The notes below the pieces were generated by a model, which was given only the letters and a program-made list of their open reading frames with translations, did no database searches and was not told the origin of the DNA. Position numbers and translations under genes: made by a program. Shown here piece by piece: positions 25,970-38,829 of a DNA stretch of 64,000 bases (position 1 is the first letter of the stretch; each line of letters opens with the position of its first letter). The DNA comes from Lytechinus pictus (taxonomy: Eukaryota), in contig NC_087252.1 in NCBI RefSeq assembly GCF_037042905.1, forward strand, positions 32,550,001 through 32,614,000, in the 5' to 3' direction.

Positions 25970-26540
25970 GTTAGGGAAGGAGTGATGGAGGGATAGTTGG
26001 AGACTGAAGGTGAGATAGACAGAATGGGAAAAGATGAGTGAAAGATTAAAGGAAATATCAGATTCTTCAGGTCAGTGGTGCAGGTTGAAGGGAAGAGTGG
26101 ATGGTAAAAGAAAGATAGTAGAATGGGAGAGATGAGTAAAAGATTGAAAGACATTTTGGTTTATCCAGCTCAGTGGAGGAGTGATGGAGGGATAGTTGGA
26201 GAGTGAAGGTGAGATAGACAGAATGGGAAAAGATGAGTAGAAGATGAAAGGAATCATCTATTTAACCAGGATTAGTGGTGCAAGATGAAGGGAAGGGTGG
26301 ATTGTAAAGAAAGAAAGGTAGAAAAGAAGAGAGGAGTGAAAGATAGGACAATTTGGTTTATCCAGCTCAGTGGTCGAGGGAAGAAGTGACAGATGGATGG
26401 ATAGTGAAAGAAAGATGGATAGAAGTGGAAAGATGTGTGAAAGATTAAAGGAAATATCAGATTCTTCAGGTGAGCTGTGCAGGATGAAGGGAAAGGTGGA
26501 TGGTAAAAGAAAGATAGATAGAAAGGAAAAGATGAGCAAA
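25970..26540. repeat. Purine-rich local duplications
   Basis: GGAGTGATGGAGGGATAGTTGGAGA..GAAGGTGAGATAGACAGAATGGGAAAAGATGAG, TTTGGTTTATCCAGCTCAGTGG and GGAAATATCAGATTCTTCAGGT each occur twice. Confidence 0.8.
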
Positions 26541-27116
26541 ATATTGGTTGTGACTTGGAAGGTCTCCTGGCATAAAACTGGCTATTCTACTGTAGTTACT
26601 TTATCATTTGTGATAAACTTACATGGATTCCTTGATTTTGATTGGCTGTAGAGCATCATTACCATGATAGTTAGCACTCCTTGACATAATTACCTCAATA
26701 ATAACTGCATGCAATTTGCATAAACTTCTCAGTTGTCTAAATATTGTCTTTAAACTTGATCTTCTATCTTCTGTGTTGGTGAACTATTATGTACATGTAG
26801 ATGTCATGAAACTATTTTTTGGTATCATTTATGGAGCTCACTGATATGCTTTCGAGATTATTTTAGGATGTTATCTGTTTTTAAACATTTTTACACACAT
26901 TGATGTAGATCATCATGTAGCCTATTTTCTTTAATCACGATAACATTAACACATGATTTTTCATACTGCTTTCCCCATGAAAGAATTCAAATTCGAGAGT
27001 TGAAATCTCATGGAACCGGAATTCATTTATAAAATATCTCTCCCAACATATTCTATAAAGTACCATTCCCTATCATTTCACTTATGAGTTTTTGCCTTTC
27101 ACTTTTTTCTTTGCAG

Positions 27117-27218
27117 ATCCCATTCCAGAGCTGGAATCTAATGGAATTTATTGTGGAATAAATCAGGTCTTAATGTCTGTTTTATTTTGATTGCCGAACA
27201 ACCGACTATAGTTAAGAG
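27117..27218 (+). other. Candidate 102-nt non-coding internal exon
   Basis: Strong acceptor TTTTTTCTTTGCAG|A and consensus donor GAG|GTAAGT. Stops in all three frames. Confidence 0.55.
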
Positions 27219-27651
27219 GTAAGTGATCACTCTCTATAAAACCCATTCAAAAAATGAGCTATTTGAATATTTTATTTTGGGAGGGGGAGGGGGGGGGGGG
27301 GGTTGATGAGGCAGAAAGTGATATTCACCGACAAAGTTGCTCTGATCCAATCAGATGCAAGCAATTTGACAGCTTATAGCAATAGGCCCAGTCAGAGAAA
27401 AATCACTTGAATATCTACTTCACAAAATACTCCATAGGTTTTGTATTCTTCAAATTGGCAACACTGTATTTTTAGTTCGTAAAATTTATGCAGCAGAAAT
27501 TAACGGAGATCAACAAATATTTTGTAAGTTTGTATAGAAAACGTGACCTTTAAGTTTCCATAAATTCCATTAAATTAAAAGAAAAGATTCCTGCAGTTTC
27601 AAATTTTGCGGGGAAACATTTGACCCTCTGAGAGCATTCCCGTAGCAATAA

Positions 27652-27803
27652 TACCTCAGTCACATTTGCTCTATGGTGGCCATACGGCGGATCAAAAACA
27701 GCAGTTTTACTCAAACCTCCATAATCCAGCTATTACAAAAAATGTTGAAACGGTCGTTATTGACTCGCCGTACGGCCGCCGTAGAGCAAATGTGACTCTG
27801 GTA
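27652..27803. mobile_element. PIF/Harbinger-like MITE, older copy of the 2162 family
   Basis: TACCTCAGTCACATTTGCTCT...AGAGCAAATGTGACTCTGGTA with TAA on both sides. Confidence 0.88.
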
Positions 27804-29820
27804 TAAGACTGCTTTGCGAGAAGTGGTTCTGAAAACCAGTTCAGGAGACTGATGGTGATGAGAATGCGAGCAAAGCGATCTTCTAATTTGGTTTAATATA
27901 CTAGTTTAAAGGAAATCCTTTCAAGAAAGCATACTAAGAACAGGGTCATAGTTTAGGGCTGTAGCTAATCAACTTTTTAAACCCTAGTTTAAATTTCAGA
28001 GGTTTATTCCAAAATGCAGTTGCGTTGAATCTAGTTCAACCTTGCAGTTAACCATGATTTTAAAAACTTTTTGACAAGTGCCAACTGCAATATCTCAAGT
28101 TAAAGCGAAATGAAACAACTACAAATTTTCAGAAACTTGAACAGTGTATCTATAGGAGGTGTAGATTGTATACCCCACACAGGTGGGTCACTTAAGGGAT
28201 TTATTCAAAGTAAATGGAGCGCGTTAACCTCAAATTAAAGCCAACAATGAGTAATTTTTAACCCAGATCTGTCGATTGTTCAGGGAATTGATCCAGTTTT
28301 AGAACATTTGATGTGGGAATTGTCTTACCACATAGTCTGTCATGTGTTCATTGTGCTCAGGTGAATTATTGCATTTTAGCCCTATTTTAAAGTTCAAAGT
28401 AAGGTGACTTGGTATTACAGACTACATACAGAACAGGATCTGCGGCTTGCGGAATAACCTGCGGAATAAGGCATTGAGGTAAATTTAGATTAATTGCAAC
28501 TTTGCAATCAATCACAGCTGCTGTAACCCAATTATTTTACTCAAGCTCCATTGTAAGCTTTACACAATGTAGCAAATTTTGGCGGGCGAGCTAAAAAGTT
28601 GCTTCAGATTTTTTTTTAAAATTAAATTTTCACCTGTCCAAAGCTGATGAAGCTGTAGGCCTACTTTGGTTCTGTTAGACTCCCTACTTAAAATTCTGAT
28701 TACAAGTTTTTGGACACAAGACTACAACTTTGGTTTTGTGTGCGAACGTCCCATCACCCATTCTTCATGAAATAAAGTCTGAAAATCGAGACTATCATCA
28801 AGGGGAGGGAATCTGGTGCCAAATGAGGGCAACTTCACTGTCCTGGATGACGGCAGACATAAGGTCAAAGGTCGTGTAGGTCAGTAGTAGGTCTGGAAGT
28901 TGGCCTTTCTGTGAACTTGCGAAGGAAACTTGTTTTGATGCGAGGAGGTTTCGTTTAGAGCTTCATAACGAGGGAAAACTTGCTTTGGGTACCACATGAA
29001 GTTCTTATTGGTGACAGTTCTGACGGACAGGCTGCTTCTCGTGATTGTTTGCAAATGAGTGCTTTTAAAGGATTTTAGACCACTGTACCAAGTTGATTGT
29101 GGATACTATGCTTGGATACTCCATCTTTGTTCTATGGGCAGGTGGATATTTGTAAGATGCCTGAATCGTTCTAAACGTTTAATTTTAGGTTCCTATGACT
29201 GATTCACTCTGCTTGGTTTGAGATTTATGTTGGCAGCAGTGATGCCTAACGCTTCCAAACATTGTTGGAGCTATGGTGGTCGGCACTGGTCAGGCCCAAC
29301 TGGTACAGAAAATTTCTGACCACCACGTATCATGAGAACACTGCTTCTGACTACCACTGATTTGAAATGATAAGTGTTTAAAAAACAAATCCTTGTAAAG
29401 AAGAATTGCACTTGCATTACTTTCTGTCTTTAATCTTGTTTTATATGCATAATTTACAGAAGCATTCTTGTATTTGAAAATTATTACTTAAGTTTATTTT
29501 CAAAGATTTGCCAATGTCAGATAGTTACATGAAGTTCATTCACTCTCTGCTTGGCCGAAAAAACTTTGTATTGCCGTGAAATACATGTAGCGACCAACGC
29601 TAAGCAGTCTCTAGCTAGAACACTGCTCCCATATCTCCATATTCTCAATGGAAAGGTTGTTGCTACTGGAATGGGATATTCACTGCTTTTCTTTGTTTCT
29701 GTTCAAAATCGCTCACCATTTAATCTTGAAATTGATATTTCTTGTTCTCGCTCAACTCAGAAGGCCTTCTATGGAGCTATCTGTACATACCCAGGAATCT
29801 TGGACTACTATGGATATACT

Positions 29821-30160
29821 CGAATAAGACTGAATGATCGTAAGAAGGTAAGTGGGACAGGGTTTGCATTTCACCATTAGAGATAAGCATGGGGGGGGGG
29901 TTGCCCCTAAAATAGTTAAAATTAAAAAATAGCCCTCTTAAAATTGAATAAAAAGCCCCTCGAATAGGAGTGAATGATCGTAAGAAGATAAGTGGGACAG
30001 GGTTTGCATTCCACCATTAGAGATAAGCATGGGGGAGGGGGAGTCGCCCCTAAATAAAAAATAGCCCTCTTAAAATTGAATAAAAAGCCCCTCAAATAGG
30101 ACTGAATGTTCGTAAGAAGGTAGAGATTAGAGATAACAAGGGGGTGGGGGTTGTCCCTTA
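29821..30160. repeat. Local tandem triplication (about 140 and 132 bp) spanning a candidate splice donor at 29847/29848
   Basis: Units start at 29821, 29961 and 30093 with (G/A)AATA.GA.TGAATG.TCGTAAGAAG. The third unit is truncated. Confidence 0.85.
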
Positions 30161-32776
30161 AAGTAAACATTTCCAATGATAGCCGTAGTAAAATTGCAAA
30201 GAAAAGCACCTGTTGATTCAGTATAAAATGTAATTTGGCTTGGACATGAATGTCATTGTAAATTATTTTACTTCAGTACAAAGGCCAATATGAAGTATAA
30301 AGGCCTATAAAATATATAAAAAATAATGTTGTAACCTAATGCAAAAAGCACCTTTAATTCTTTATTTACTTAACTATAAAAGAATCCTAGAAAAAGCACA
30401 TGTAACCGTATTTGATTCAGTAAATATGCAATTTGAATTTGTTTGAAATGTCAATGAAAAAGAACTTTTATAATTTATTGCAAAAAACCCTGTAACTCTC
30501 AATTTAGTTAAATATATATCAAGAGTAATTTGGACAGAATCTAAGAAAAAGATTGTCCCTTTTAAATAGAAAATATTCCCTCCTACTCGCGGTCACCTCG
30601 ATGATGTACAAGGAAATTATTCTTTTGACTATCAATTTATAATTTTGTTTCTGTAAAGCGGTTATGGATTTATATTATTGTATGCACTCTATAAGCTTAA
30701 GTTATTAGCATTAAGAAAATGGAAACGTGTCTTTTCCGTTTTGCCTGAGAGCTTGGATTGAAGAATTAACTCTTAAAAATTTTCAAAGCTAAAATATGGT
30801 AATAACCCGTACTAGATTTTGCAAGTAGTATAACATTAATTCAGGGTATTCATTGCATTGAAACCATATACACTATCAATCACATCATACTATGATGAAA
30901 TAGTATTAAAACTAACCTCTGCTTAACTTAGAAAACATCTAAAGGATTTCATTAAATCCCTTCGGCACCTGTGTACTGACACATGGATAGAATTCTTTTC
31001 ACTAAAATTGATTTCTTATGGAAATAGATTTCAATGCATTTGCAATTTTAATTCTAATGATAAAATCTTCAAAGGTTTTTCCTTCTTAAGTTTGCATAGA
31101 ATAGGCAGAATGCATTTGCTGATTTTAAATCCTTTATCCTAAAAATGTCACCACTTTATTAAGGCTTTTATTTTTATTTTGGTTTGCATGAAAAAAGAAA
31201 AGAATTACCTATTTGATGAATGGAATTTTTTTTCTTACAAAATTGAAAGGTTAGCTGATTTAATTAAGAGATTTGTTAAGTGTAGTATATTCCATTGGGT
31301 CTGAGATTCGGAAGGAGTTTTGTTTTTAAAACTTTTAGTGCTAGAAGAAAAAGGTATTACCAGGCATGATATTCTCTCGATTAAAATCGGAATTCTGATT
31401 TTCTAAATAATTTTCTTTTTCAGATTTTTTATTTCTTTATTTATTTTTAAATATTTTTATATATATTTTTTTTTACGTGAAATCCTTTGCCCAAGAACAT
31501 TCTCATGCTTTTTTTACTGCTTTTTAAAGGCAAATGATAAAACTATCATGCAGACTCACCTTGAAAAAAAAATCACTTTTGATATGTACTATGCAAGAGC
31601 TTGGAACTCCGAACGGGGCGTCCCAGAATTCGGCGGTGACTTAGCTACCCTTGGGTATTTTTCAGATTATTTTTGCTCAGAGGGGAATATCATGCCTGTA
31701 TTATCTATCTTGCTCTGTCTTCAACATTATTTTTGAGGATACACTGCTTTATCCATCCTTCTAGATCTCTGTTGGATTGTAAGCATGAATTTAAACACCT
31801 TTATTCCTCATCGCTACGATAAAGGGGAAGTTCATGCGAAAACTCTAGTTGCTTGTGTTGAATTTTGTCCTTTTCTATTCCTGCATTTCCGTGTTGATGT
31901 GAGGGATATCTGGGGGGGGGGGGGTGTAATATGAATCTGTCTGTCTCTTCTTGTATGGTAGTGGGCAAAAGAAAATTAACAAGGGAAAATTTTACCAATT
32001 CCAACTTGTCTGATAGTGGGCAGTTGGGTAAGAAACATTTAGAGGAAATAAATGTGAGAAAAATTAATTTTGATATACAGTTAGAGAAAGAGAGAGAGCT
32101 CGGGGTGAAATGGGGATTTTGTTAAGAGGTTGATACAAAAAAAGAAAGCAATGAATATTCTATTATACCGATATTTTGACATTCAGATAATTCTACAAAT
32201 TGTTTCCTTTTTAGCATATCTACTTGTAAGGGTTATTATTTAAAGATTCTGGCGGTTGCTGAAATAAAAGTTGGGGATTTTCATGTAATGGTGGCTATGC
32301 AAAATTAGCAAAACTGAAATTACAGCTGAAATTTCAGCTCATCAGTATTGCCAAAAGGCTGTGCTTATTTTAATGAGATGAATTTTGTGTATTAGAATGA
32401 ATTCAGTTAAGAGCAAGCCTGCAAAATAAAAGAGAGAAAATATGACAACAGAGGATTAGTTTTGGTCAAAGTTTGCACTACTTGTCTTCAGTTAGGTCCT
32501 ACTCTATAAACCTAGGCACCCCCCTTCAATATGACTACCTGGGCAATTTCCCATTCTGATGAGCGGTTTTCACCGAATATCTGTCGGCTGCATCCAACTG
32601 GAAGTAAAATTTGTTTATTTTTCTCTGTGCAGACAAAAGGAAAAATTGGTTTATATCCCGATTTAGACAAATAGACCCGAATTCACAAGGATTGTTATGA
32701 AACTGTGTGGTTGAACTCGTGGTTTCTGCATATTTCCTGTATAAAATCATGCTCAATTTACCTTGTATAGTATTAA

Positions 32777-33154
32777 AGGTATTGTTTAACTTTGTGAGCA
32801 GCCGATTTAAAAAATTCTCAAACCAAGATGAAACATGTGTACAAGTGCATGTGTTAGAACTAATAAACCCTGAAAACAACCATTATTGAGAATGAAACGC
32901 TAAAACTACAAGGCAAACCCCGATTTTGTAAATAGGCGTCTTATAGACGCCTAAATAGTACACATAAGTGTATGGGATGAAATTAAGATGGTGTTTTCGG
33001 TCACTTTATATTTCAATTTTTGAAGCACTAAATAATTATTTTCGAACGCAATTTTTTCTGGGCTTCCTTTTTGTAACATATCACAGACACAGGTGACAAG
33101 TGTGACCTTCTAGCTCAGATTTTTTAAAAGTCAAACCAATGTTAACCAATCACT
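32777..33154. mobile_element. Kolobok-type MITE family E
   Basis: TTAA at 32773-32776 and 33155-33158. Imperfect TIR AGGTATTGTTTAAC / GTTAACCAATCACT. Internal palindrome TAGGCGTCT-TAT-AGACGCCTA. Confidence 0.7.
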
Positions 33155-33308
33155 TTAAAAGATGTCCGAAGATGATGCACGTTTTGTTTTCACATTGGGC
33201 TATTAAAATTGACGCTTGTTGGTTGAGCATGCTAATCATTGCTGCAATTTATTTTGTTACAATAATACAGGGGACACATGGCATACACACATGTATGAAG
33301 AAACATGT

Positions 33309-33660
33309 GGAAGCGCCGTGGTGTAGCGGTTCTGACTCTCGCCTTGTAATCAGAGGGTCGTGTGTTCGAATCCCACCATGGCCTAGCATCCTTTGGCAAG
33401 TCGTCAATCCACAATTTGCCACTCTCCACCCAGGTGTTAAATGGGTACCCGGTAGGATGTGAAAGCCTGTGTAGTATGCCTAGCAATTGAGTCTTAGAAC
33501 TCTTGTTGGAATGCTCCCCAGGGAGTGGAGAAGGTACATACATTGTATGCGGGCATGCAAGGATCCGATGACCGGGGTAATAATATATCTGTAAAGCGTT
33601 TAGAGACGTCGTTCCGATGTGTTAAGCGCTATATAAATGCGGAATATTATTATTATTATT
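33309..33660 (+). mobile_element. tRNA-derived SINE (family 2), full length
   Basis: A box TGGTGTAGCGG, B box GTTCGAATCC, core CACCCAGGTGTTAAATGGGTACC, AAGCGCTATATAAATG and (TTA)n tail. Confidence 0.92.
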
Positions 33661-33689
33661 AAATGATGATGAATTTAATGTAATTACAT

Positions 33690-33900
33690 AAGAAAAGGGA
33701 TAGTGGGGACATGACATCATCAGCAAACCTAATGAATATTCATGAAGGCATGCATATAACTTTTCACAAAATATTACTCATCTAAAATTCAATGACTATG
33801 TTTTCTTTTTCTTCAGATTTTGATAAAATTTTCAGCATTTTGCTCAGTGAATATCGCTCTATTTAATTAGATATTATTGTTTCAGCCCAGAGTATTCTCT
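33690..33900. mobile_element. Degenerate right-hand fragment related to Kolobok family A
   Basis: ATAGTG..GACATCATC, TGCATATAACT and GATTTTGATAAAATTTTCAG match the family A 3' half. Confidence 0.55.
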
Positions 33901-34472
33901 CAAGGACACGAAAGAAAACAGAATTTACATTTTAGAATATGGAAAGTGGGGGTCTCTATAGATGTTCCCTTTGATCTTGCCAAAACCATGTTCCTTGACA
34001 ACCACACTGTACGTAGAATGTTGATACTTCATTCACTGTTTCATAACGCATGTATTCTGTGAATGCCGTTTGTATGGAAGGGCATTTTCCGAATCCATCA
34101 TCAACATTGAATTACCTACTTGACCCAACCTGTCCCGAAACCACATTTAAACCGCAAAAAGTGCAAGAAGTGTCAAGAGACCTAATGAATGAACAAAATG
34201 ACATGGCCAATGACAGGATATTACCCTAAAAATGACCAATGCTTTGCTTGTGTGGTAACGCAGTAAGTAATTTTCCAGATGTAGTTCATGCATGTTTTCC
34301 GAATCCTTAGTGTTGGCAATTTGCACATGGGTCTGCCCTGTATATGTGTGTGACAGATCAGAAAAATTACAACTTTTATCATGCTCATGAAAAGCAGACC
34401 CGTATTACATATAATATCTATAAGCGCTGTGGTTTAAAGAATGATGTGAGAGAGGAAAGCAAGGTCTGAAAT

Positions 34473-34987
34473 TAATAATAATCCGCTTTTATATACTAAT
34501 AATAGTCAGTTCTTGTATAGCGCCTAACAAATTTTGAATAACGTCTCTATGCGCTTCCAAAGGACTTGGATATTATTACCCCGGCTGTAGCTCAAGCAGC
34601 TTTCCAGCGCTCGGCATTTCAAGGAATAAATTCCTGCCAGGTACCCATTCACCTCACCTGGGTTGAGTGCAGCACAATGTGGATTAATTTAATATAGCGC
34701 TTTACAGATATATATATTACCCCGGTCATCGGATCCTTGCATGCCCGCATACAATGTATGCACCTTTTCCACTCCCTGTGGAGCATTCCAACAAGAGTTC
34801 CAAGCCTCACTTGCTAGGCATACTACATAGGCTTTCGCATCCTACCAGGTACCCATTTAACACCTGGGTGGAGAGTGGCAAATTGTGGATTCACACCTTG
34901 CCAAAGGACGCTAGGCCATGGTGAGATTTGAACACACGACCCTCTAATTACAAGGCGAGAGTCGGAACCGCTACTCTGCGATGCTTG
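34473..34987 (-). mobile_element. tRNA-derived SINE (family 2), minus strand, tail interrupted by another SINE
   Basis: 34692-34987 is the reverse complement of about 33311-33600. The remaining tail TAATAATAATCCGCTTTTATATA is at 34473-34495. Confidence 0.9.
34496..34691 (-). mobile_element. 5'-truncated SINE related to family 1, nested in the family 2 tail
   Basis: GGTACCCATT..CTGGGTTGAGTGCAGCACAATGTGG is the reverse complement of the 7310-7365 core. ATATA flanks at 34491-34495 and 34692-34696. Confidence 0.78.
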
Positions 34988-36629
34988 CAATATAAACCTG
35001 AATAAAGGTGTTATATTCATTGAAAGCTAAAAATGATTTCAGTTTATTTTATGGTTTACTGCCAGTCTTTGGTTTTGTGATTGGGGCATTTGGCGCCTAA
35101 AGTTGGGAGAGGCATACTTTCCAGACCATTGGACTGGCTATTATCATGGTCGTGAAGACTTTCTAAATGTCATTTGTAAGGCTATTAAAAGCTATATATG
35201 GAAGGGAGATTTAGAGAGCAAACATCATTAGGTCTATGCCTTTTGTATGTGTGGAAATTAATGAGAAATATTGAAAAAGATATTTGTTTGTCAACGTGTC
35301 CGGTTTCAATTTGAACTTAAAGGGATATGCAAGTTTGTCAGTAGGCTTGCTTAATACGTAGTTAGCCAAAATACATGTATACTGTAAATGTATTGTTCTT
35401 GCATGCACAAACAGGATCTCCTGTTATTTTCTCCAGAAAAATTACAACTGAAATGGCAATTATTTCCTTGATTTCTGATGACAAATGGCTTAGTAATGGA
35501 AACTCTTGAAAGGAAAGATGCGTGCATATGGAGAGAGAGGGTTTAATTCAGTATTTTACAAATAATTAATGATAAAAGGGGGCTTAGGAGATGAATAAGA
35601 ATGAACCAAATCCACGATAAAGCATTTCAAGAAAATCAAGAAAAACTAAAATGATTTTTGTGTTTTAGTCCAATGAGGATTTTGGTCAGTTTTTCATTCA
35701 TGGGCACTTCTATGTGGATTTCAGGATAGAAATTACAATATCGGCTGATTTATGGTGCAGTTACATTTCCCCTGCGGCGGCCTTACGACCAGTTGAAAAT
35801 GGCCATTATAACATTTTTTGTACCAGCTATACATGTATGTCATAATGTACATATAGGTGGTTTGAATAGGAATGAATAAAACGGGTGTATTCGACTCGCT
35901 GTCTGGCTGCCGTAGGGGAAATGTGACTGAAGCATTGAGCAACGATTTATATTTAACTAAACTTAGCCAAGAGATGGACTGGGTCATTCATATTTTCATA
36001 CAAGGCCTACACAAATACGTGCAAATTGAGTTTTGTATGGAACACAACCTAACAATCCTCCACTCGCCATATTGCACAGAATGACCCCAGTACCACATGC
36101 ACTAGATTAATTAACAAAGGGGAAGGGTTGTATTGGTATTCAATTATTTCTACAATAGTGCAGTTTCACGCCTAATCTGTTAATAATACCCCAAAAGGGC
36201 TTCTTTCAATGGCCATGGTAATGACCACTGAAGTGACTGACCAATTGGTCAACAATGGAGTGACCATGTTAGAAGCTTGACCAGTGCAATGGGCTGTCAT
36301 GGATGGTGTGAAATTCAATGACAGCTCTCTTACAGTTACATTCATGATGGTCAGACTGCAGTAGTCTCATAATTCAGACCTCATGTAGAACATGCAAAAA
36401 GGGGTAATTGTAGTCTCTTAATTCACACCTTACTTAAAGCTACCAGTTAGTGATATTTCTCCATTCATCACTTTATGTGATATATTTTATCTTCTTAGTT
36501 CTCATGTTAGGTACAAGTTCAATTTTGCCTTTCGTATATTGACATAGGCCTATTGTTGTTGGGACCAAGATCTTAGATGTGTTAGCATGATGCTGTCACA
36601 TAATGTCACTGCACGCTGCTCCTACAGCA

Positions 36630-36832
36630 TCACGTTGTGGCCCAGTGGATTAGTCTCCGGACTGGGAAACAGAGGTTGTGGGTTCGGATCCCAGCCATGG
36701 CAGATTTTCCTTTAGCAAGAAATTGGAGTTGACCCAGGGGGCGTGAATGGGTACCCAGTAGAATTTATTCCTTGAAGATTTTAGCACCTACATGTATATT
36801 GTGGCTTAAGGTTTAGCCGGGGTAATAATATA
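36630..36832 (+). mobile_element. Degenerate tRNA-derived SINE (family 1-like)
   Basis: TGGCCCAGTGG, GGTTCGGATCC, CCATGG..AGCAAGAAATT, GAATGGGTACC and TAGCCGGGGTAATA. Confidence 0.8.
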
Positions 36833-38206
36833 CCAAGTATCAAGTGCAGTATAGAACATGCATCCATGTACTGTACATGTAATCCTCCACGTAGGGAAAG
36901 TACCCATTAAATCAGACTTGATAGAGTCTGAATGACTCAGACTAGCTACTGGTCAGTAAATTCTGTGGTTTTTGCGGTCAGTCTGGCCTTTTGTCCTTGC
37001 TAATAGGCTGGATAGTCTGCAGAATAAATCAATGCCATGGCCAGCAGGTTTAGAAGGAAGTCAAGGTCACTTGGGTTCAGAGTCTGAGCTGATGGTCAGA
37101 GACCATTTAGTGGTTGAAAGCAGACCCAGATTTCCGTAGTGGACGTGGTAATTTGCTGTTTGACCATTTTACAATTTTGACACAGAATTTTAAGACCACT
37201 GTTAAATAAAAAGTATGGATAAACTTTAATAATGCAGTAAAGGTGAATTAATGTGACCCTAAATATGCACATGCATGCATTGGAGGTGTGAAATACAGGC
37301 AATTTTTTTTCCGGGGGTTACTTCTCACAATGTACTGCCTAAATCAGCAACACTGGATAAGCTTTAACACTGCAATGAATTGGAATTTACACAGCTCTTC
37401 TTTGTTTTAATAGTTTTCATGGCTCTTTTGAGCATCTCGGGGGCTGGATCAGCACCCAGCCCCTGTGTAATTTTTTCGCTGGTAAAATACCAACTTATTG
37501 CGTGTGTGTGTGTGTGGGGGGGGGGAGTATTGTAAACAGAAGAAACTGCATTGTGTATTTGCTACCTACTAGTAGAATTGGTCTTTTAACTGCTGCACAC
37601 GCCAGCATTATTACATGAGCAACAATGTAATCCTATTTGAATGAAATGCCAGCTCTCCACAAAAATGCCTATCAAAATCTCATAATAATCAGCTTTAGAA
37701 AAATAGAGTGGATTGGATGTCCACTAATATGTCATTCATGAGTTACAATTTAATGCACACACTATTTTGGAAAAAAAAGTGTGCCAAACTTTGCATTTAT
37801 TGATTGTCAACGTGAAAATGGAAAGTAACAAAATATGAGTCTGAATATCTAGACTAGGTTGGCCTGTATGGACTGTTGTCAAGTGGTCAAGCCCCTGGGC
37901 TTTGATCAAGCAGGAAGTAGGTCACACACAGCAATGGTCATCCAGAGTGCATTGTCCAGGGATGTGGAAGATGGCCATAACAACTGCTCAGTTCTGTTCT
38001 GTGTTGGAGGGAAATGGTTGGGCAGGCATCAGAAAATCTGTCTGTTTTTCTAATGCTCTGTGTTTAAAAAGCATATGCTCATATTCTCATTCACAGCTGA
38101 AATTCAACACAGATAATCAACTCTGCGTTATTGGATTCTCTGAAAGCCTCTGAAAGTAAAGCTTTTTTTTTCTGACCAGATAGTGGAAAGTATGTCTAAT
38201 ACTTAA

Positions 38207-38411
38207 AGGAGAATGAAACCCTTGAAACCAGCTGAATCCATATCAAAGAGGAAAATCAAAGAAACATATTGTTGAAAGTTTGAGGAAGATTGAATGAATA
38301 ATAAGAAAGTTATGAGCATTTGAATATTGAGATCACTAATGCCATGTAGATCCTCCCATTGGCAATGCGACCAAGATCTGTGATGTCACACACGTACAAC
38401 TCCCTCATTAC
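38207..38411 (-). mobile_element. Truncated Kolobok family C (one end only)
   Basis: TTAA at 38203-38206. Near-identical reverse complement of about 20740-20943. Stops abruptly. Confidence 0.88.
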
Positions 38412-38829
38412 CTCGTCTTTGAACTGGGGGAACTGTGATTTTTAAATAAACCCATGCAAAATAACTGCCTTGCATCTTTAATATAATTCCACCCAGTAGT
38501 ATGGATTTTCAAACTTATCAAAGTCTTTTTTTTCTGTCCACTATAAAAGAATGATTTACATATGCCTATTGACATCACTAATTGGTATCCTTTCCCCGCC
38601 TAAGCTTGCCCAATCCTAGGTGCCCCAGCTATTCCCCATCCTAAATGATTAGATAAGGTGTACACTGGATCAGCCTTCATGTAATTATTGTTTATGCTGC
38701 TTTGACAAGCTTGTGTTGTGCACCAAATGCTACATGAATATTATCTGCATGTACTTATTAAGGGTTGAAACGTTTCATAAAAGTAAAAAGAAAATCTCCA
38801 TACATCACTGCATAAATATTTGCCTTTAA

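Noticed and set aside
29551-29880. 109-aa ORF as a complete gene
   Set aside because: TTG start, no recognisable domain, and it runs through a candidate donor into a tandem repeat; at most part of an exon.
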